DNA of 64,000 nucleotides from Trichosphaerium sp. ATCC 40318 (taxonomy: Eukaryota; Protista; Tubulinea): the NCBI GenBank assembly GCA_038496445.1, contig JALMLS010000304.1:372001-436000 (forward strand), in the 5' to 3' direction. The notes below the pieces were generated by a model, which did not search any database, was not told the DNA's origin, and saw only the letters and a list, made by a program, of their open reading frames with translations. Both the position numbers and the translations under genes were made by a program. This document shows, one piece after another, positions 52,159 to 64,000 of the stretch. Positions within the stretch are counted from its first letter, which is position 1. Every line of letters starts with the position of its first letter.

Positions 52159-55100
52159 ATGGTTAAGGGCGCATCAGCAGTTCGGTTGAAAATCGATGAA
52201 CAGAAGCTTAATTTGTATCTAGAAGAACACATACGCATTTACAAAGGCCCCATCACTGAGGTAGGCTGATTTAGTGATGTTACAAACTTTAACGTTAATA
52301 AATGCGCCAGATACTCCAATTTGGCGACGGACAGTCTAACCCGACGTACTATATAAAAGATTCAGGTGCCAAATCGTTTTTTAAGCTATTCGTCATTTTC
52401 TTTAGCTGGAAACGAATTAGTTGTACGTAAGAAACCACCTGGTAAATTATTACGTGGAGCGGTACGCCAGTTTTTCCCGTTTGTATGGCAAAAAAAAAAG
52501 TGAGAAACTGACAACCAATAGCACCAAGTTGAGCGTGAATACAAAGTTATACGTGCTCTAGAAAAGACCAACGTGCCTGGTACATTCAAAACAAAATATA
52601 ACATGTTTAACGCACGTGTTAATAGTTCCAACCGTCTATCTCCTTTGTCTTGATTCTGATGTCATTGGTAAGCAAACTCAAGCGACACAAACAAAAAGGT
52701 TAAGTGTATCTCACTTTTTTACTCTCCAGGAACACCTTTTTACGTTATGGCATACATAGAAGGGCGGGTGCTTGAGCCTTCAATGGTTGAAAAGTATCCT
52801 CCTGCAGAACGACGAGCTATATTCAAAGAATTGAATCGCGTTCTTGGTGAGCTTCATAGTACGTCACACTAACTTCATAGCAAAATAATATGTTTAATTA
52901 AACCCCTAGACGTTGATTATAAAGCTGTTGGTCTTGGAGACTATGGAAGACAAGGTACACGAAGTCAAAGAAAAGAGCCAGAAAACCCTGAAACATCTGT
53001 TAGGGCAATATATTAAGCGTCAACTGCGCACATGGACAAGACAGTATGTGAACAGTAAAACATCAGAGATTAGAACAATGAATGAGTTGATAGAGCAACT
53101 TCCTAAACATATACCTTCAGATGATCGTACGCCAAAGAAGTCCAAAGAAACACCTAATTTCAATGATTTTAATATTTTATTGTAGCAACCACTATAGTAC
53201 ATGGAGACTACCGCCTACAGAATGTTATGTTTCATCCAACTGAACCTAGAATTTTGGCAGTATTAGATTGGGAATTATCAACACTAGGTCACCCACTTAC
53301 AGACCTTGCATACAAGTACGTTAAAGCTGTTTTAAAAAAGTAACAAAACTTAGTTGTATGCCTTATTTTATACCACCTGGTCTTAAGGAGTATGAGGGTT
53401 ATCGAGGATCTAGTACGCTTTTTATCTTCTATAACTAGTTTCTTACGCATGATATAGGCGATGGTATTCCAACAATGGGTGCGAGAGAAGTAAGAAACAA
53501 AAGTTCAAAAACTAACCAAGTTATTCAGAAACTTATTTTGAATGGTATTGCAAAGCTACAAACAGGACGTATGTACCACCAATGAAGTACTTTCTTTCCT
53601 TTTCGTTTTTCCGTATTGCAGCAATTACACAAGGAGTATACAAGCGGGCACAACAGGTACACTTTTCGCACATGCGTTAACACAAACATAAACTAATGTA
53701 AGAAAAAAAAAAGGGAAATGCGTCATCACCAAAAGCCCAATTTGTTGGCATGTTTGCCAAGAAAGCATCTATGCTTGGTTATAAATTACTCTTAGAGCAT
53801 ATACAAGAATCAGGAGAAATACCAGGGTTCCCATTTCCTCCAAAGATTAAAGAGCTAGTCCGAGAATTGAAAGCGTTTATGGACAAACACATTTATCCAA
53901 AGTACGTAAAATATCTAACCTTATCAAAATATTACCTGTACTCAAAGTACACGTGATATCAAGTTATGATATTGTAGAGCTAAAATTAGTTATAGTGAAG
54001 AAGTTTTAGATAAACAACTTCAAGAAAATCCAGGTAGTGTGCCTCCTATTTTATTAGAACTTCAAGAAAAAGCAAAAAAGACAAATTTATGGAACGCCTT
54101 CTATCCTGATACAAAGCACGGTCTTGGTCTATCTTTGTATGAATACGCGCCAATATGGTAAGTAGAATGTCTATCCAATATCTATAAGTACAGTTACTAA
54201 CTTTTTACTCAAAACAAAGTGAATTGCTTGGACGCTCATTCGGTGCTCAAGTGTTTAACTGCAATGCTCCTGATACTGGCAATATGGAAATTTTACATAT
54301 GTTCGGTACACCAGAACAAAAGGAAAAATGGTTACATCCTCTCCTTAACGGAGAAATACGTTCTTGTTTTGCCATGACTGAACCCAATGTTGTATGTTTC
54401 TTAAACAGCCTTCCTCTTACCATTTACTAATACAAACAACAGGCTAGTTCTGATGCTACAAATATTTCAACGTCCATTGAACAGATTGGTGATGAATTAG
54501 TTATCAATGGTATGAAGTGGTGGATAACAGGAGCAGCAGGTAAATAAATTTGGATCAAAACTTGTTCTTGTCTAAACAACTTGTTTTAGATCCTCGATGT
54601 AAGGTTGCTTTTGTATTGGGTAAATCTATTGATAGAACAAATAAGTATAAATCCCATAGTGTCGTCATTGTTCCTATGGATACACCAGGAGGTAAGACAG
54701 CGTTTCTTAGCTTTTTTTTGGAATTGAACTTGATTAATATTTTTTGTTGTACAGTTCGGGTTGTGCGTGACTTGACTACTTTTGGATTCCATGATCTTCC
54801 TTCAGGACATTGCGAAATGGTTTTTAATAACGTCAGGTACACAATTTCATCAGTTGTCGATTAATTAATGACTTTCTAATAGAGTGCCAGTATCAAACTT
54901 GCTTGGAGGTATTGGAAAAGGATTTGAAATTGGTCAGAGTAGACTTGGCCCTGGTAGAATACATCATTGCATGAGATTGCTAGGCGTAGCAGAACGTTCT
55001 TTAGAAGCAATGATTGATCGCGTTCACCGAAGAAGGTAAGGATTTCCAAAGCAGATTTTGATAAAACTCACTACTTTTTTAGTACATTCGGCAAGAAAAT

Positions 55101-55646
55101 TGCGGAACATGGAACTATTATGAGGTACACCAAAATACAAATTTTTTCTGTTACATTATATCTAACAGTATAATACAGAGATGTAGCAGAATGTCGCTGT
55201 GCTATTACCCAAGCGAGGCTTCTCACACTATCAACAGCACAAATGGTAGATAATCTTGGTCAATACGCTGCGAGGTACCTACGAAATCCTTTGAAATAGA
55301 CACTATGTCTCATTACTTTTGTAGAGCCCAATTATCAATGGTAAAATACATAGTTCCAAAGATGGTATGTGATGTTGTTGATAAAGCAATTCAAGCACAT
55401 GGCACGTGATTTTGAAAAACATGTTTATGTGTTTATAACTTTGTTTAGGTGGTGCTGGTGTTTGTCAAGACTTTTTCTTAGCACGTGCATACGCAATGGC
55501 ACGTTGTTTACGTATTGCAGATGGTCCTGATGAAGTGCAGTACGACTGTTTTTTGGTTTTTGTTTTTTTGACTTAGTGGTTTCTTACACACGATGTTTAG
55601 CGCCCAAACTATTGCCAAGTTAGAGTATAGACGCGCAAGACTGTAA
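52159..55646 (+). CDS. ACAD11: Acyl-CoA dehydrogenase 10/11 family (APH kinase-like + ACAD), C-terminal PTS1-like ARL
   Basis: [71 protein letters not shown], ending RRARL*. No N-terminal HAD domain. Confidence 0.9.
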
Positions 55647-55753
55647 GTTAGGTTGTGTAAGGAAGAACAAAGTAAAATATGAGCACATTTGACTTAAGCT
55701 GAACTGTAACTTAAAAAGTGTAATTCTCCATTTTCCACTTGAAACGCGTTAAT

Positions 55754-57061
55754 ATGATGCGCAATGTACTAACGTGCTTTGTGGTTATAGTTTTGTTGCA
55801 ATTAGGCGTAACATGCTCAAAAAGCTCTTTGACGGATAGTTGTATGCGTAAACTAGCGTAATTATAACATTTACATGTAATTTAGCCAAAACTACGCCAA
55901 TTAATACAACAGTGATCAAAAACTACTTATACTACAGCTACGCTGCATATTGTAAACCCCCACAACTTAAACAATGGAATTGCTACTGGTAGGAATAAAA
56001 AACAATCAAGTGTCACATTCTGACTATTTGTACAGGTGTAATAATACCCAGGAATCTAAGTTTGCCATTGTTGTACAGAATGAGACCATTGGCACTTTCG
56101 GTTATGTGGCTGTTACGTCAGAAAACACACGTACTAGACATTATTGCAACTTTTTTTTGAAATTTGTCGAAAACCATTTGCAACAACTAACCTCCACGAC
56201 AGTCGTTGTATCATTTAGAGGAACTGTAAACTCATTTAGTGATTTTATATACGACCTGGAATCTCTTCATTTGATAGGTAGGACTACAGACTGCTGTCTG
56301 GAAACGACTTTCTTTTCCTGATGAGATCGCACAAAAAAATCATTTTACTTTTCTTTGTAGATTGGCCGCTTTTTCCGGGTGCTCAAGTTGGCATGGGATT
56401 TTATGAAGAGTGGATAGCTATACGTCATCAAATAGTCCCAGTGATCACAGATTTACGCGATAAGTACAACATAAGCAAGGTGGGAGAGTGTTGAGAATAC
56501 ATTAATTAATTAATGTAAATTACAGGTTATTTTTACCGGGCATTCATTAGGTGCTGCAGTCTCAGTGCTTATGGGCATTGAGATGATAGCAACGAATTTA
56601 ATACCCAAAGAATCTGTAGAGATTTGGACGTTTGGACTACCTAGAGTAGGAAACCCAATAATGGCTGCATACATAAACGAGGCAACGTGCTTTCTTTTAA
56701 CATATAATCTAACTGGAAAACTTTAGAACATCAAGATGAGTACAAGAGTTGTATGGAAAGAAGATCCTATTCCTCATCTCCCACCTACTTTTCTTGGATT
56801 CAAGCATATTGCAAGAGAGGCGTGTATCATATATTAATATCTACAAGCGTTAACAAGACTTAGGTTTGGTACAAACAACTGAACGAACAAATAGTTTGCA
56901 ACGGTTCAGGTTTGTCTTGAATGAACTTACTGAAAGCTAATAACCATGTAGGAGAAGATCCAAATTGCTCCCTATCTGTTGGACTAAATCTATTCCATGC
57001 TTTGGATCATGCCAATTACCTTGGGATTGGGTTAAGGACAGGAACCAAATATGGTTGTTGA
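55754..57061 (+). CDS. Secreted class 3 lipase
   Basis: Signal peptide, YSYAAYC, VVSFRGT, FTGHSLGAA, TFGLPRVGN, DPIPHLPP, HIAREVW, GEDPNCS, DHANYLG. Confidence 0.93.
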
Positions 57062-57553
57062 GAAGAAAGAAAAAACTAATATCAAATTAAACTTATCATT
57101 ATAACCCATCCATTGTATTCTTGAACCGATTGTAATAAGTTGTTTCCCACTAGCATACATTACAACCTTTTCTCACCAAGTAAAACCTCAACGGATTTCT
57201 ATTTACACAGCTGAGCGCACAAGAGGCATGACAGTGAGGTGGAATTACAAATAGCGGATTGAAATGCTTGGAGGTCACCCTAGAGTAATCAACCCGTTCT
57301 TCCTTTTTTAAAGTCACAAAACTGACAAATTTAGAAGCAATCAAAATGTTCTATTTTGGACAACAATTGTACTCCTTGTCATGGGATAAGAAATTGTCAT
57401 TACTTTACATCTGATATGACGTAGGAAAGGTGATACACGTGAAATGAAAACAATGAAAATGACGAGATATGCGTTGACGTAAGTACAAGGTTTTAAGAAA
57501 GAAAAAGAGAAATCGTATTGTTTTGACTCAAAATTATTAATAAAAACTACAAG

Positions 57554-60065
57554 TTATAAAGTGATGGTATGGTCAGTTTCGTCCATGATATCAGTAGCCA
57601 TTAGCTCATCGAAAATATCACGTAAAGTAGCAATACCAAGGGTCTCAACACCATCATTACCAACACAAATAGCAAGGTTACCTGTTATACATGGTGAGTC
57701 AAAACATAATATATATTATGAACAATAGTTTTGGAGAAAAAAAGAGATATAAAAAGACTTACTCTTCCCGCGTATGAGCATTCTCAACAATTCATACAAA
57801 GGTGTTGTAGCAAATACCGTAGGTATTTTATGCATTTTTAGGTCTAAAATACGTTCCTAAGGTCTTGGTTAAACAAGCTAAAAACAGAACAACAAAAACA
57901 AGTAAAGTAAACGAAAGAAAAAAAAACTAATGCAGTACATCTGATTGACCATCAACATCAATAAATGTTTTGGCAAGAATCATGCCAATTATATGATCTG
58001 GATCACGTCTATAAACAGGTATTCTAGTATAACCAGCTTTGGCAATACTAGAAATGAGCTCTTTGTCTACTTTTCTTGATTCCTCTAAACTGAACACTTT
58101 ATCCATTGATATCATTATGTCTTTAACAGTCATATCCTTCAAATCCAAAGCTTCCTTTAAAACAATCACATTAGATACGCCATATTTAGTACTACCAGAT
58201 TAAAATACATACCTTAATAATAGTTCTAACTTGGTCGTTTTGGATAGACAGCTTTGCCATGTCAGCGATTTCATCTCTATTTTTTGGAAACTTTGCTCGT
58301 AATTTAGTAAGGTACACCTCATGACATACAACCCAAACGAGAAATCCTAGATACCATTTTAGGATTATATTACACGCCAATTAGTACCTGTTATAAGCAT
58401 CAGTAAACCGCATATCCATACAGTAAATGATCCCCAGCTAGCCTTGTTATTAAAAGCGCAAGCCCAAATACCACCAATATTAGTCCAAATACAGGCAATG
58501 CCTAACACCTTTTCTTCTAGTTAAATACAATTACAACAATTATTAAATACGTACACCATAGTATACATTGATCATAAAGTGATTAGTTGCTCGTAAACTG
58601 GAGTGATAGTAATATGAGTATGTATTCAAAACATGGAGTTAAAAAAAACGTACAACACGTGCAAGGCAAATAAAGCAACGTTGGCAAGAAACAAGCATAT
58701 TACGATAGCCCATTCTAATCCACGAGTTACATTTAGATTTAATGGATTTTGGTCGTACTATTTTCAGCAAATACGGCAACCACAGCGATCAACACTAAGG
58801 CGAGGTAAGATAAAAACAACTTAACCATTTACCTTTAAGTTGAAACGAAAATGACACGTATTGTTGTTTCCCTCGTATAGGCGCTGCAGAGGCAAACTCA
58901 TCACCGACTTGCTCAATAAGCTCTTCCTAAAATAATGTTATCAGGTAGAAGTTAGAAGTACTATAGATGTACCCTATCATTTTTAAAACGAGTATCTTTG
59001 AACTCTTTAATGAACAGTAAACTAGCGAAGTAAGGCAATGTGAAAACAATCACTGCAACAACAACAATAGCTATATGATATCCCTACATTCGTTAATCAC
59101 GTGAGCCTTACTTCATCAAAAAAAGAAAAGAAACGTACTTCCCAGCAGACAAGGTTTTCTTGTCCAACCTAGAAATAGTGTAAGGTTATGTCTCAAATAG
59201 TAATATGGTACCAAGAATGGCTTAGCATTTTGTGGATACTTGCAATGGAATGCGCCTAATAGGATCCTCACTGATGGTAACGGAGCAATTTCCATTACAT
59301 AGCGAACATAATTATTCCACAACGATGCCGAAGATAACCTTGAAAAGTAAGCACAAAATTTAATCTTTGGGTGTAGCTAGACATACTGCTTAAAGCATGC
59401 TCCTATCATTACGATGTGTATCATCCATAGTACCTAAAAGATCATTAACTTACATCTTGTCACACAGGTGAGGAGTAATGCACAAACCAGCAAAAACCTT
59501 AATAAATGTACTTTCTGTTTTGAAGTCTGTTACACGTGCGTACCGCTATTAACCAAAAGATAACGTCGTAGTTAATGTGTATATAATTGATTTGAATAAG
59601 CATAGACTGAAATACGTGGTATACGCCCCTTTAGGAATTGTCATTCAAAGCTGTTTTTAGAATACTCTCATTAATACCTAGGAGCCATTGCATCTGTCCA
59701 TGGAATGTGCGGGGAGAAGGATAACCCCATTAACTGCAATGCGCCGACAAAATACCCAACAAGCAAAGCGACACCTCCAGAACCCCAAACTATCTCTCTT
59801 TTTGCGTGTAAGATTAGAAATAATATGTAAAGTACCTATTAAGCGTTTTTTGTTCCCTACGTATCTATTTTGTGTTAAACTACAATAAATGCATTATCTA
59901 ACCTCATGATTGTCCTTGTGGAATATAATATTCGATCTATAGGCCAAATACCTTTAATGCATCATTAGTGCCTATTCTGCGTATCCTATAAGTATCGTAC
60001 CACCACGCACACCAAAACCCGAATAAAATTACGCCCACAACAGAGCCAACGAGCGCGTACAACAT
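57554..60065 (-). CDS. Multi-pass membrane protein with C-terminal CNNM/CorC-type CBS pair
   Basis: EALDLKDMTVKDIM...GYTRIPVY...IIGMILAK...LGIATLRDIFDELM..DIMDETD. The N-terminal hydrophobic exons are less certain. Confidence 0.75.
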
Positions 60066-60189
60066 GTTGTCCTGACAAAATCAAAAAAACTTAACATTTT
60101 TCGAGATTAAGCGTGCCCATAAATTTGGGTTACACCGGTTAGACCTCACTTGGCAAAGAACCTTCTGTTATTGTCATTTAGATTCAAAT

Positions 60190-62203
60190 ATGAAATTTGT
60201 TGTACTAACGACACTTCTATTCTGCTTTTGTTGCGCTCTCGCGTTTGCATCCAACACAACAGCGGTGAAAACATCAAAAGCGCAACTCTGGTTCACGCGT
60301 TTATCACATAATATCCCAGCGACGAAATCTATCGTCAATTCTATCGAAAACACCATAAGCATACCGAAACAGGTAATTGTTATCAATTCATACTTTTCCA
60401 AGTTCCTCCATTTTCGCTCAATTTTTTTTTCTCAGGCTAGGCGTTATGCATGGAGTATTCAGTACCTAGCATTGGCAGTTATACTTGGAGTGATACTAGC
60501 ACTAGTCACATGTTGTATTTCCTTGACTCAGACATTTTGCAGGTTCGTTTTATTTCAAAAAAAGTTTCGAGCACGTGACGAAACACTAACTTTTTTCAAT
60601 CTTTAGCGCTTTCAGGTTCGTCTTTCAACTAACAAAGCTTCCTACTTTCCAACACCAATACTAGTTCACGAAGAAAGGTGTACCATAGAGCAGACTACAT
60701 CTCAGCTCGTGTTATGGTGTGCATACTCGCAATATTGATAAGTGCTACTGCAGTTGCAGCACTAGTTGGCTGTTTTAGGTCTCCTGCCCGTTTGGAGCGA
60801 AACTTTGCAGACACTGATGCAGTTCTAAAGACCTACCTCAATTACACCAACAACTTGATACACGACGTAAACGAAAGTACGTTCTTTTGCTCCTGAACTT
60901 GTTTTATTTTTCCCTGCTTAGCAAATTTTTAGGTGATAAATGTACTAAAATAGCGAACTACCCGCCTATTGATACTCCCCAAGAATTAATTGACGTCTCT
61001 GTTTTCCTACAAGACGTCACTAATGCGCTTAGCAGCAAGCAGATCCACACTACAATTGAAGATATTGGCTGGGTTCTGAAAGTAAGTTCACTTAAACTTC
61101 AATAGTTTTTCATTAAGTTGTTAGGGCTTTTTTATTGCTAGCATTGTAATTGCGTTTATCAGCGCTGTTTCAACTTGCTTTGCGTTCAAAATTGGAATAA
61201 GTACGACACCTTTGTTTGTTAGTCTTTTTGGAACACACTAACGCTTCCCAGTAACATGTATCATCCTGTCTCTCATTTTCATACCTGTAATGTGGATATC
61301 AGTCGGCACAACCACAACGTCGTCAATTCTTCTAGCAGATGTTTGTGTTAAAACAGGTACGTTTACACCATTGATTGACATGCGTTAACTAGTGTATAGG
61401 AGTTGTAGAAGAAGTTATGATTGCTGCGAATGGCACAATGGATAACCAATGTACACAAACAATGGTACTTAAAACTACTATGTTACCTGACTAATAACTA
61501 TAGATGAGACACTATTTGACATGTGATGACGTTCTCAAACCGCCATGCAATAAAATAGATTCGTTTAAAATATGTACGCAACTTGTGGAGATGTAAACAA
61601 ATCAGCTAATGTATTTATTAAGTGCTCGTAACTGCCATTTCTCAAGTCAACAAGTATATAACTATTTCTCCATCTCCTCAACTACTGGAATGGTACATAG
61701 TAACTGCGCAGTGTCCTTCTTACAACATTTAGTAAGGATCTCCTAACATCTGCTCAAAAACATGTCGATTTGGCAGCGTCTTGCAATGCACTATCAACGC
61801 TTGTTAACACAATAGAGGAAGCAAACTGTGCTCCAACAAATCAATCACTTCTTAATGTAATGATGATCATAACTCTATGCGCATTTCTAACCAGCACATT
61901 ATTTCTAATAGTACGTTAAAAAAAAAGATTGCGGTTTCTCTCCTCTTATGCAGTTTGTAGTTAATTATGGTATTACTCTTCAGCCTAAATCGTGTATCAT
62001 ACCGCGACCAAGGGTTACGCTATGTTGAACTCCTTGACATGGACACGTACGATGTACCTGACAGCGTTCATAATGGCGAAGAGCCTAGCCACGTGAATTT
62101 GGTAGTAGCTTGGGTAATCCTTAGCGCCGCTCTTGCAACGACCATAATCACTTTTACTCTATTGTATGTTATTGGTTCTAAACCAGCTACGTACACTAGA
62201 TGA
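60190..62203 (+). CDS. Tweety/prominin-like multi-pass membrane protein
   Basis: Signal peptide; TM ending TCC; VMWISVG...LLADVCV and HYLTC match the Tweety-like layout. Confidence 0.55.
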
Positions 62204-62691
62204 ATTTGAATCCATTGGTAAACACGAAAAACAAAATTGTACTCTAGTTTGAATTAAAAATAAATTGCAGCCATAAAAAGAGCACTGTGGTGGAACCGTT
62301 ATTGCTTTTGGTAACGCGACCCGTTTTTATTTGTAAAAACACGTGAACGACGTCAACAAAGTTGAACACGTGTTTTTGTTATCTTGTAGGCACTGTTTTG
62401 GGATGTTTTAACAACAGTTGCGTATTTTGGGTAACGGTTGGTTCAGGAAAGAAAAGCCTCTATTTGACCACTGTTCAAAAATACCATTTAATTAAAAACC
62501 GCAATAGCGAGCTAACGTTCACTCAAAGCTGTTGGTGTCAACTGTTTTTAACTACTGCGCGTCAAAAAAAAAGCAACCGTCTTCAAAAAAACGAAAACAA
62601 ACGCCACCACAGCACACGCTTGGGTTTTTCTACATCATTTAATTGAGCGCCTTTATGAACGAAAAACAGCAAACTCGCTCTTAGCGGCTAA

Positions 62692-64000
62692 ATGCACATG
62701 AATAACTATATTAAGAGGCCCACTAGATACGAGCAAACCTCTTTACAAACGTTTCAAGACAAAGTAAACTGCTTGGCAAGCCAATCTCTTGGTTCGAGTT
62801 CGCCTAGCGTTATTTCGCAATTGGACTTCGGAAACAGCAATGTGGGCGACCAAGAGGCGCTGGAGATTGGAAAACATTTGAAAACAAACACTGGCATTGA
62901 ACAGCTATGGCTCGACCACAATCACATCAAGGACCGTGGCGCGGTCGAATTGGGTTCTGCACTGAAAAGCAACACCCATTGCAGATATTTAATGCTGAGC
63001 AACAACAAAATATGCTGGGCGGGCGGCGTAAAGCTGTTTGACGGCTTAAAAGCGAACAGAACACTCGAACACTTTGATCTGTCACACAATTCGTTGCGGT
63101 CAACAGACTGTGTACAGAAAGAGATTTTCGTATGGTTTAAATTCAATAAGACGTTACGACACCTTGATTTGAGCCACACAGAGCTCCAAAACTTCTCTGT
63201 TAAAAGAATCGCTGAAGGATTGGGCGTTAACAACACCTTACGCAGCCTCGACCTCAGCTTCAACTTATTTGGCGACGAGGGCGCTGTAGCTATTGCTATA
63301 CAGCTTACAAAAAATGCTGGGCTTCAATTACTAAGCTTAAGCGGAAATCCGATCAACAAGTTAGGTACGCTATCAGTGGTTATTTTTTCGCATTTTTTAA
63401 CGCGTGTCATGACATTTCTGACACTTGGGCTTTATTTGTCATTAATTTTTTTTTTTGACTTCTAAACCAAACTAGGACTAAATAGCTTGGGAGATAGTCT
63501 CAAAAAGAATACGACGCTAAAGGCGTTATTGCTAGGCCAAATGCCTGTCGATGCGAAAGAAGGTCTTCAATACTTATTGTCTGTAGTGCAGGTACAAAAT
63601 GATGCTTGTAAGCTTTTAACCATTTTACTTACATATTATTTTAAAAGACAAGTACATCTTTAGAAGCACTTGACATACAAGAAAATGCAATCTCTTCTTC
63701 TGATATCAAATCAATTTTATTGTCAAACAATACACTACGTAGTCTCAACCTCAGCCGAAATAATCTACACAACGACGACTTGCTAAAAATCACAGATGGT
63801 TTACGTACAAACACAACGCTAACTGAGATTAATATAAGGTGTGTAAAGTGGAAAAGTTGTACCACTATTTTTTTTTCCTCTAAAATCCAAAAATTACCTC
63901 TCCTTTTCTTTTCTTGTTGTCTTATAGTATGTTTTAGCAAAAACGCCTTTAAAGATAATGCCATTGTAAAATTCTCAGAGGTTCTTGACGCCGGAAAGAC
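62692..64000 (+). CDS. RI-like (NLRC3-type) LRR protein, 3'-partial
   Basis: Repeated NxTLxxLxLxxNxIxxxG units continuing over introns to the window end. Confidence 0.88.

Noticed and set aside
1-64000. Alternative genetic code as the cause of ORF fragmentation
   Set aside because: In the conserved genes I traced, stops fall inside short introns. TAA, TAG and TGA are all used as terminators.

Overview
AT-rich, gene-dense eukaryotic DNA with very many short spliceosomal introns (mostly ~35-60 nt; donor often GTACG, several GC donors). Gene content suggests a protist, possibly amoebozoan-like (inference only). The ORF track fragments almost every gene, so I reassembled genes by hand across introns. 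The main feature is a ~25 kb tandem array (10.2-35.2 kb, minus strand) of six apparently intact class C (GABA-B/Grl-like) GPCR genes. Their 7TM regions are nearly identical, while short patches of the Venus-flytrap domain are hypervariable and are reassorted between copies in a recombination patchwork. The spacers hold decayed fragments of both flanking genes and a MITE-like element. Next to the array is a secreted beta-solenoid + chlorophyllase-like hydrolase fusion gene. Other genes: RBD-RasGEF, GNAT, Kelch/BC-box, F-box/MORN2, a Cbl-TKB-like/PH protein, DDX11, a minimal ATP-dependent DNA ligase, rhomboid, GPR180/TMEM145-like, two LRR genes, ACAD11, class 3 lipase, a CBS-pair membrane protein and a Tweety-like protein. 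The hexamer CACGTG is strongly over-represented.
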